DNA of 64,000 nucleotides from the NCBI RefSeq assembly GCF_006345805.1, contig NC_042999.1, positions 80,910,001-80,974,000 of the forward strand, read 5' to 3'. The translations under genes were made by a program, and so were the position numbers. Below, one piece after another: positions 55,301 to 64,000 of the stretch. The DNA comes from Octopus sinensis. Taxonomy: Eukaryota. The notes beneath the pieces are model-generated. The model had not been told where the DNA came from and did no database searches. It worked only from the letters and a program-made list of their open reading frames with translations. Positions within the stretch are counted from its first letter, which is position 1, and each line of letters starts with the position of its first letter.

Positions 55301-55489
55301 GTATTATTATTATTATTATAATTATTATCATTATTGTTATTATTATTATTATTATTACTTTTTCTTTTTCTTCTTTCAAATTTTCTTCCATTTCTTGCTG
55401 AGTGTCTTCCCGACTCCTAGGGCAAAGAAACTCATAGTGTATATTGGTAGGCCATTAAACCAAACTCAGTAGTTCGTTCATTTTTTTAT

Positions 55490-58470
55490 TTTTTATTTTT
55501 TTATTTTTAAAGTTAAATTAAAATACATGAGCAGCAACAGTTCTCACATCAACAATGCTCTTCTCAATACGTGTGATGTACCAGTTAAGACAATCTTTTG
55601 CACTTCTTGCAGGGATGGTAAGCCAGGGATCATTCTCATATAATTTTGGGTTCCCTTCTTGATCATTCCTAGTGCTCCTACGATCACTGGTATTGTAACC
55701 GCCTTGAGATGCCACATTTTCTCAATTTCAATGAGTAGGTCTTTATATTTTCTGAGCTTGTCACACTCTTTCGCTGAGATATTATGATCACAGGGGATGC
55801 TCATGTCGATCAATAAACAAACTTTATTGTTTTGGTCTTTCACAACAATATCTGGTTTATTGGCCTTGATGGTTCGGTCTGTATGTACTGGAAAGTCCCA
55901 CAGAATGGTTACATTTTCTCCTTCAGTTACAGCCTCAGGGTGGTGATTATACCATTTGTCGGCAGTTTTGATATTGTAATGCCGACGTATTAGCCAGTGG
56001 AGATATTGGCCAACTCTGTCATGTCTTAATTTATACTCCACTGGTGCTAAGACTTTACATCCAGAGATTAGGTGGTCCACTGTTTCAATCATGTCGTTGC
56101 AGAATCGGCATTTTGGGTCTGCTCCATTTTTCATCACATTGGCCTGGTAGTTCCGGGTTAATAGGCTTTGGTCTTGAGCAGCCAGGATGAAACCTTCGCT
56201 CTCTGCTTTTATCCCTGAGCTCCGCAGCCACTGATGGGTTTGCTTCTGGTCAACATCAGTTTGTTTGCTGCGGGTCACATATTTGCCGTGCAGAGGTTTC
56301 TCCTCCCACCTATCAGCCAATTGCTCGTGCGCTTTTTTCATTGCCATCATTTTCACCTTCTTTGCAACGATAGTTGCCGTACTTCCCTCGGGTTGTTCAG
56401 TTTGGGTATCCTGCACGAGATCAATAGCAAATTTTTTGCTTTCCTTGATGATAGAATGAAGCTTCTTTCGTCTCTCGTGATTTTCCACGAGCTTTAGCAT
56501 CCAGTCATTCGATATTTCGAGATATTTGGCCAGTCCAATTGTGGTTGTTTTGTAAGCTAGTTCAAATTGGATCAGGCCTCGACCTCCTTGGGCTCTGGGA
56601 AGGTAAAGGCGATCTACGTCTGCCTTTGGGTGGTGCATCCTATTACAACTCAGCAGCTTGCGTATTTTTCTATCTATATTCTTTACTTCACTCATATTCC
56701 AGTTCAACACATTGTAGCTATAAGTAACAACTAGAACTGCTAAGGAATTTATAGCTAACACCTTGTTACGTGCATTTAGTTCAGATTTCAGGACTGCACG
56801 AACTCTCCTATAACATTCCTTCCTGATTTTCTCTTTCATTCCATTGAGCAGCTGAACTAGCTTACCGTGTGCACACGGGAGCGATGCGAGCCAGAAATTC
56901 GGCACCCTATCTTTACCGGGGGATTTCCAATTATGGGCCTTCGTGAGTGCCTTTCTTAGGTCTGCTATTGTGATGTCTTCCCATGCTTGTTGTTGTAAAT
57001 TTTGGTAGGATCTTTCAGTTTGTATAATCCAGTCTGCATTTATGTTGTACGTCTTCTTGTCACTCCAAATCCTTTCCCAAAAGTTTTGAACTTCTTCCAT
57101 GGGAGGGGGGTCTTTAACGGTTACTTTCTCCTTCCCTATTTCTCTGTAGAATTTTTTGGCATTGGATGTGAACAGCTTATTTTGCTTGTAAAACTTGTTT
57201 CTCTTCTCAAATCTTCGTATTCTTTGGGCTTTTGCTTGGACTTTTTGTTTCAGCGTTTCTTTTATTGATATCAGTTCTTCTCTTGGTGAGGATCCAAATT
57301 TTCTCTTCATCTTTCTTCCTGTTCTGGATCTTACATCATTTCCACATATTAGTTCATTTAATATTAATATTTCCCCTCTCATAAATTCAATCTCTTTTTC
57401 AATTTTACTTCTCCAGGTTTGATTTCTTCCCAGGTTTTGTTTTCTTTGTTTTTTCGGGGGCATACAGCTGGTTTCAATTGCCCTAGCAGAAGCGTAAATA
57501 ATTTCATTTAACTCAGTAAAATCAGGTTTTAATTCTCGTATTATTTCATTTGTTACATAGTTGCCAATTTGGATTTGTTTTTTATTTTGGTTTGTATTTG
57601 AGAGTTTATGAAGCGGTTCTCTATCATTCATACTTGTATGTCTTACAACTTCAAGCGTATTCAGGATTTTCTGCCTCATTTCTGCCATAGACTCTCTGTG
57701 TTCTTCAGCAAATGCGAGATCTTCAGTTACTGTTGTTTTTTCGTTTTCCTGGCTATCTTTAACAGGTACAATAGAATTTCTTGTATCTTCAGGCCTTTGC
57801 GTACTTTGGTCAGATGGCAGTCTTTCAATTAAGCCTCGTGGCGGGCTATACTGTTCATGTGATTCTTCATTTCCTTTGTGTCTTATATTATGTCATTTTC
57901 CGTTGCGTGCTTGATCGCACTTATTTCACTGTCTGTGAGTCTGTTATTTCTAAAGATATCCCTCCTCACATTTGCTAATTTGTTCTCGTCCAAATAGGGC
58001 CTACTGTCTTGATTCCGTGTTCTCCATATACTGTAAGAGTTTGCGGTGTGTCTCTCTTGAGATGGCCTACCTAATGCATAGTAATAAGCGTATATTACTT
58101 CTTTATACTCTTCTCGGGTCCATTTGTTCCGCTTACATTTTTCTTTCTGTGGTGGTTGTGGTGGTGAACTTGGAGGGCTCGAGTTGGGGGATTTCCCGTT
58201 CAAGTGACCATCCATGTCCGTATTCGGAGAAGAGTTTGTGCCAGTTGATGACTTTTCGATCCCAGGCTGGCTCTTCCCTGGGGGACGCGCTTCCGGATTA
58301 ACCATAGGACAAGCGATTTGGTATACTGATTTAGTTTTCCTTTTAGTTTCCAAAAACATTTTGGTGCTACGATAATGTTATCATTTTTTAGCTTTGATTG
58401 GCTCGTGGGGAGACGGCCATCATTGCCGTTACAATCATAATCGTACCATTATAGCAGCCGTAGTCGGCTT
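55490..58470 (-). mobile_element. Young R4/Dong-like LINE with in-frame deletion of the RT core
   Basis: N-terminal KWTREEYKEVIYAYY region, one frameshift near 57890, then an open frame to 55544 with CRFCNDMIETVDHLISGC (CCHC) and KPDIVVKD...IDMSIP...K (RLE). No QGD or YxDD motif present. Confidence 0.93.
55544..57688 (-). CDS. 714-aa TE-derived ORF (R4/Dong-like polyprotein lacking RT palm, keeping thumb, zinc knuckle and RLE nuclease)
   Basis: Uninterrupted ORF from the track; motifs as above. The frame stays open upstream of the Met to about 57890. Confidence 0.75.
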   Translation of the reverse strand: MAEMRQKILNTLEVVRHTSMNDREPLHKLSNTNQNKKQIQIGNYVTNEIIRELKPDFTELNEIIYASARAIETSCMPPKKQRKQNLGRNQTWRSKIEKEIEFMRGEILILNELICGNDVRSRTGRKMKRKFGSSPREELISIKETLKQKVQAKAQRIRRFEKRNKFYKQNKLFTSNAKKFYREIGKEKVTVKDPPPMEEVQNFWERIWSDKKTYNINADWIIQTERSYQNLQQQAWEDITIADLRKALTKAHNWKSPGKDRVPNFWLASLPCAHGKLVQLLNGMKEKIRKECYRRVRAVLKSELNARNKVLAINSLAVLVVTYSYNVLNWNMSEVKNIDRKIRKLLSCNRMHHPKADVDRLYLPRAQGGRGLIQFELAYKTTTIGLAKYLEISNDWMLKLVENHERRKKLHSIIKESKKFAIDLVQDTQTEQPEGSTATIVAKKVKMMAMKKAHEQLADRWEEKPLHGKYVTRSKQTDVDQKQTHQWLRSSGIKAESEGFILAAQDQSLLTRNYQANVMKNGADPKCRFCNDMIETVDHLISGCKVLAPVEYKLRHDRVGQYLHWLIRRHYNIKTADKWYNHHPEAVTEGENVTILWDFPVHTDRTIKANKPDIVVKDQNNKVCLLIDMSIPCDHNISAKECDKLRKYKDLLIEIEKMWHLKAVTIPVIVGALGMIKKGTQNYMRMIPGLPSLQEVQKIVLTGTSHVLRRALLM

Positions 58471-58738
58471 ATTATTGTTATTATCTTCACTATTACCATC
58501 ACTATCATCATTATCACCACCATTACCATCATCATTATCAATGATATTGTTTTATGTGTAGTCACAGCAGTATCTTATTATTGTTATTTTTGTTTTTTTA
58601 TCATTATCACCATCACAGTAGTGTCTGTCTGTCTCGTTGGCTGGCTTGGTGGTTGGCTGGCTGACTGTCTTCAATGCCAGAGTTCTTCTTCTTCTTCTTC
58701 TTCTTCTTCTTCTTCTTCTTCTTCTTCTCTTCTTCTTC

Positions 58739-58813
<75 letters not shown>

Positions 58814-58816
<3 letters not shown>

Positions 58817-59020
58817 TCATTGCCTTTGAATTGCTTCTAACACTTGAGATATAATACGATGTCTGCTGTTCAATACCAGTGAACTAAGGTAACACCCCTT
58901 ATTTTTCGAGCACCTTCCGGAGTATTCAAGCGGTTCCAAGCAGTGCTGTCTTCTGCAAATGCTTCACCCTTATTGTAGCCCCTATTTGTTCCATATATTT
59001 CTCAAGACTTTTATTCACTT
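58814..59020 (-). mobile_element. R4/Dong-like extreme 3' fragment with (AAT)n tail
   Basis: Minus strand KYMEQIGATIRVKHLQKTALLGTA*ILRKVLEK*, then a 3' UTR and (aat)n. Confidence 0.8.
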
Positions 59021-59043
59021 CTTCTTCTTTCTCTTCTTCTTCT

Positions 59044-59080
<37 letters not shown>

Positions 59081-59100
59081 TAATAATAATAATAATAATA

Positions 59101-59147
<47 letters not shown>

Positions 59148-59152
59148 CATCA

Positions 59153-59187
<35 letters not shown>

Positions 59188-59235
59188 TATTATTATTATT
59201 ATTATATTATTATTATTATTATTATTATTACTATT

Positions 59236-60735
59236 ATTATTATTGCATTGCTCAAGGTTTGCGGCATTTTGAAGTAGGTATTTTTGCAGTCATATGGAGG
59301 TTATTTTTTAATAGTGTTCCAGCTGTATAAGGCCTCTACCACCTTCTATACGTTGTTATATATAGCCTTTCTATGTCAGATTTTGTGTGGTGCATCCTAG
59401 ATGTTGTTATTATTTTACTTGTTTTCCTATCTATTTTGGTTAGCTCATTTAGTGTCCAGTTAGTATAAGGACGCTGTAACTTATAACTAGGGCGGCTAAA
59501 GTGTTAATACCTATTATCTTGATTTTGGCATTGAGCTTTGTTTTTAGTGTTGATCTAACTTGTCTATAATATTCTTTCTTTATTTTCTATTTCATTTGTG
59601 TGTGCTGTATCATATCTAGTTCATGGATTCCTAAATATTTATGTCTGGGTTTGGTTTAATTCACTTATTTCATTAGTTTTATCCAGTGTGATGTTGCTAC
59701 TCTTAACTAGTTTTCCTCTTTGCAGGGTTGCTTTGGCGCATTTTTCTAACCCCTATGTCATATCTATTTCTTTGGTAAATCCATGTACAGTCTGTAGTAG
59801 TGTTTCCAGCTGTTTATCATTTGTAGCGTATAGTTTTAGGTCATCCATATATAAAAGATGGCTGATCGTTTTGCGGTAACATTTGTATTCGCATCCAGTT
59901 CTATTTAACATGTCATATAGATGTTTCAGTGCCAAGCAGAAAAGGAGTGGAGAGAGCGTGTCTCCCTGGAATATTCCTTTCCTAATGGCGATAGCTTTGG
60001 TTTTCACGAGTCCCTCTTTTGTTTGGAGCAGTAGCACTGTCTGCCATTTATTCATAGAGTATCTTAGGTATTTTATAATTATTGGGGCTACCTTGTTAAT
60101 GGCTAGTTTCAAGGATCCACGTGTGGGGAATACTATCAAAAGCCAATCGGTAGTCGATCCATGCCATACTGAGGCCTTTCTTCTTTCTGCAGATGTCTTC
60201 AGTTATGACTTTATTGATCATTAGTTGATCATTACAGCCATATGAGCCCTTGCAGCATCCCTTCTGCTCTTCTGGAAACAGGTTTTCTTCCAGATGTTTG
60301 CTCAATCTTTGCGATATTATTGCAGTAAAGGCTTTGTACATTGAAGGGAGACAGGTTATAGGTCTGTAGTTTGTGGTTTTGCCGTTTCATTGGATTTGGG
60401 AATTATGATATTTTTCCCTTTCGTGAGTCATTCAAGCACTGTCTCTGGCTCTGCTAGTATGCCGTTAAAGTTTTCAGCCAGCCCTTTGGGTATTCCTGCG
60501 AAATATTTTAACCAGAAATTGGGGATCTTGCCGTGCCCAGGTGCCTTCCATTTGCTTAGTCTTTGCAGTGCCTGAGTGGCCTCTTCAGTTGTTATTGGGG
60601 GCCAGAGTCGCTCAGGTGCAAAGTTCGTTGTTTTAATAGTCCTTTTCTGAGGTTGTTCATTCGCCGACCATATTTCTTTCCAAAATTCTGCTCCTTCTTC
60701 TGCTGTTGGTGCTGCAATGATGTCTATTTTATTTT
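59236..60735 (-). mobile_element. R4/Dong-like RT fragment, frameshifted
   Basis: PNFWLKY, EEQKGCCKGSYGC.DQL.INK, AWIDYR.AFDSIPH.WI, GIFQGDTLSPLLFC, HLLYMDDLKLYA; (AAT)n at both ends. Confidence 0.92.
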
Positions 60736-60774
60736 TGCCAAATTCTTGGTAGTTATTATTATTACTTTTAGTGA

Positions 60775-60812
<38 letters not shown>

Positions 60813-60813
60813 T

Positions 60814-60869
<56 letters not shown>

Positions 60870-60949
60870 CTTCAGTGCAGATGAAGCAGTAGTGACAGCG
60901 GCGACGCAGATGTTTGTGGGCCTGTAGCTTCCAATGTAAACAGGCCAGA

Positions 60950-61270
60950 GCGTGCTGTAGGACTATGTTGTAAATGACGGGATACAGGGATTGGCATTTA
61001 ATTCAACATTCTTTGGACACTGCACGAAGGCGTGCGTAATTGCTTTTCCACCCAGTTAATCTCTCAGTCATTCCTCTCTGTTACCAATTCTCTAGATGTT
61101 CAACCGGTAGTGCCCCATGGAAATACTAGGAAACTAAAATATATTTCTTGAATTTATCCATAGTAATTCCCAAACCGTAAGTACTCCCGGGCATACTAGA
61201 CAACACGATCTTGTTAATTCTTAGAGTTTTCCCAAAGACGTCATCCCTCTTGTCTGCCGCTAGTGCGGTA
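60950..61270 (-). mobile_element. Tx1-like ORF2 3' remnant
   Basis: Minus strand gcggcagacaagagggatgacgtctttggga matches 25520; cacgccttcgtgcagtgtcca encodes HAFVQCP. Confidence 0.5.
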
Positions 61271-61449
61271 TATATTTCTAAATTTGGAATTCCTCTGAGG
61301 ATATTACTTGACTGTTAGTGATCATCTGGTGATATTATAGGTATTGATGCATTTCAAACATTTCGTTACCAAGAAATGCTACTCCGTCAAAAAAATATTC
61401 CATTCTCTCACCGTCCAACAATTTCAACAAGTGATTTGATCTCAAAACA

Positions 61450-62030
61450 TGTCTCTTTGCGTGTTTCAGCAGCTCTAGAACACTCAGCATAAATCGCTAA
61501 GGGGGTGGTGAGCAGCTGGAATCCCTCAGAGCGAGAATGACTTCTGTCTACCTCAATTGGGTTAGCAGACACATAAATCTGGTCTGACTAGAATTGGTCA
61601 TATGTTGACAGTCTAATAGAAAGCAAGGATAAACGCGATATAGGTATTCACCTGTCCAGTTCAATCCTTAGACTATTGGCAAAATGTGTTCTTAAGAATG
61701 TCCTGCTTTATCATTGGTGGCTGACTGGAATGTCATTTTAAATGCCTCTTCGATATGTTGGGTTAGCTGATAGGTTAGGGATGACATGAAAGATCGAAAG
61801 TTGATAAGACGTTAGCAATTTTGTGAGAGGTCATGAATGTGCGAATATGAACATTGCTAAATTGCATTGCGGAGCTCAGACAATAGGCTAGAATATAAGG
61901 GGGACGTAGGTTGTCCAAAATTTAGAATTGTAAGCTAAAGATAAAAAATTTGTGATCGATAGGGTCGACATTGATAAGCTTCTTGTATAGAGAACAAGTT
62001 GCTGGAAGCGGAACACTTCATTCTCGGGCG
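61450..62030 (+). mobile_element. Tx1-like APE endonuclease remnant
   Basis: VADWNVILNA resembles GDWNAILD and GDVGCPKFRIV resembles IGCPQF.IV..TDHK; heavily decayed. Confidence 0.45.
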
Positions 62031-62159
62031 CCAATCTTTGCCTTCCACCTCTCCGTAGTAGATAAAATAGAATACCATTCTTCTACTAGCGTCACTCTAA
62101 TCGACTTGCCATCTCCCGTTAAACTTTTAAACTGTTAGTCACAATATTACTCGCAGTAG

Positions 62160-62370
62160 AAAGAGCAGCGACCTGGCAGAATCGTTAAGCACGCCGGACA
62201 AAATGCTATGAGGTAGTCGGTTCTCTTTACATTTCGATTGCAAATTCCACCTAGTCGGCTTTGCCTTTTATCTTTCCGGGGTCCATAAAATAGCTAACAG
62301 TCGAACACTGTATTCAACTTACTCTATTCGAAATTGCAGGCCTTTTGCTAAACTTTGAGATCATTATTAC
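62160..62370 (+). mobile_element. SINE family B
   Basis: Head gcagcgacctggcagaatcgttaagcacgccggac matches 26528 and 44067. Confidence 0.75.
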
Positions 62371-63130
62371 TCATAATGCTAATAAAGGGAAAATAATATC
62401 AATACAGGAAGCTGGTCCGTTAGAAAATGTCTTGATATAATCAGTATCAACAGTCTTATTATAAATAAGATGGTTATTCTAAACACTCACATTACTAGTA
62501 ATAAGAATATTGATTATTATTTATATAAACAATAGTATTTATTACTACTAATTGTTTTTGGTTCTGTTGTTATTAACAGCTCATCAGAACCGTGAAATTG
62601 ATTGCTTTCTACATTTTACTTTTCTTTCTTAATGTGTGTTAACCACATAACATAGCTAGAAAAGCCACGAGTGATAATATTGTACTCAAATAGTATTAAG
62701 ACATTCTGGCTGTCAAATTCAGTTAGAAAATACTAGATGTAGCTTTACCTGTCAATTAAGGTAGCAAATAAATAGAAAGACGCAAATAAAAGGAATATTT
62801 ATAAAATATTTTGTAGAAAAAACAGCGAAAAAGAAGCTATAAACAATTTAATGAACGAAGAAAACTAACAAAAACACTCTGGCAAACAGATATATAAAAT
62901 TACGTTATAACACAAAACTAAATTCTTATTCGTGGATAAATACAAGAGATTTCTTCATCTTCCTTAATCCTCTCAAGGCTAAAGAAATTTAATCCGACGA
63001 CTGCCAATCATATCTCTAATAATATTTTTATACAATTCTGAAATTTCAGCATGTTTCGAGATTTTGATATGTTGCGTGGTTATGTGTGTATGTGTGTGTA
63101 TGCTTGTGTGTGTGTGTGTGTGTGTGTGTC

Positions 63131-63172
<42 letters not shown>

Positions 63173-63223
63173 TGTATACAAGTACGTTTGTACATATCTA
63201 TTTATGTCTGGGTGTATATATAT

Positions 63224-63268
<45 letters not shown>

Positions 63269-63594
63269 TCAGACATATTTCCATATATGTATTTCTTTCA
63301 TAATTATATGTTATTCATAGATTTTTGCTTCAGTTTCTTTTATTTTTAATTGAGTTTTTGCTGTCTTTGTTTATATAGTTAGGCCTTTCCTCGTTTTCTG
63401 TTCAAAGTCAGCGTGTTATTCATTCATCTACAAAGTTTGATTGACAGCATTCGGCTATGTAGGCATTTATCTTTAAACATACGTGTACATTCGGAGTTGT
63501 ATATAAAAGTCTTATGCAAGTGATTGCATGTAAATATACATAGGCAGGGAATATAAACAAGGAAGGATAAATCTGTGTGTGTGCGCATATATAT

Positions 63595-64000
63595 ATATTT
63601 ACTCTTTCTTTTACTCTTTTACTTGTTTCAGTCATTTGACTGCGGCCATGCAGGAGCACCGCCTTTAATCGAGCAACTCGACCCCGGGACTTATTCTTTG
63701 TAAGCCCAGTACTCATTCTATCGGTCTCTTTTGCCGAACCGCTAAGTGACAGGGACATAAACACACCAGCATCGGTTGTCAAGCAATGCTAGGGGGACAA
63801 ACACAGACACACAAACATATGCACACACATTCATATATATGTATACATATATACGACGGGCCTCTTTCAGTTTCCGTCTACCAAATCCACTCACGAGGAT
63901 TTAGTCGGCCCGAGGTTATAGTAGAAGACACTTGCCCCTGGTGGCACGCAGTGGGACTGAACCAGGAACCATGTGGTTCGTATGCAAGCTACTTACCACA
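63595..64000 (-). mobile_element. tRNA-derived SINE family A, head cut by the window end
   Basis: Colinear with 9043-9460 across tail, internal microsatellite and body. Confidence 0.9.

Noticed and set aside
59236-60735. Idea that this RT fragment is the piece excised from the RT-less element at 55490-58470
   Set aside because: Both copies contain the flanking segments (PNFWL and the post-RT region) with clearly different sequence, so they are separate insertions.

Overview
AT-rich, microsatellite-dense eukaryotic DNA made almost entirely of transposable elements and their remnants. The tRNA-derived SINEs, microsatellite load and TE mix suggest a coleoid cephalopod, most likely an octopus; this is inferred, not database-checked. 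I could not support any host protein-coding gene. Recognisable elements are four mariner copies (one near full length with TIRs and TA duplication), Tx1/L1-like LINE pieces, R4/Dong-like LINEs (RT plus restriction-like endonuclease) mostly embedded in (TAA)n arrays, a Penelope-like RT/GIY-YIG element, a CR1/L2-type 3' end, a canonical non-autonomous Helitron and two to three SINE families. Structures the TE annotation does not explain: an 843-bp near-perfect palindrome (4476-5318); an older 430-bp palindrome (10065-10494); three hammerhead-ribozyme-like motifs, two with a compensatory U3-A8 core; a young Dong-like element whose RT core is deleted in frame while a 714-codon ORF keeps the zinc knuckle and nuclease; and a tandem pair of 49-nt exon-like units (37188-37648).
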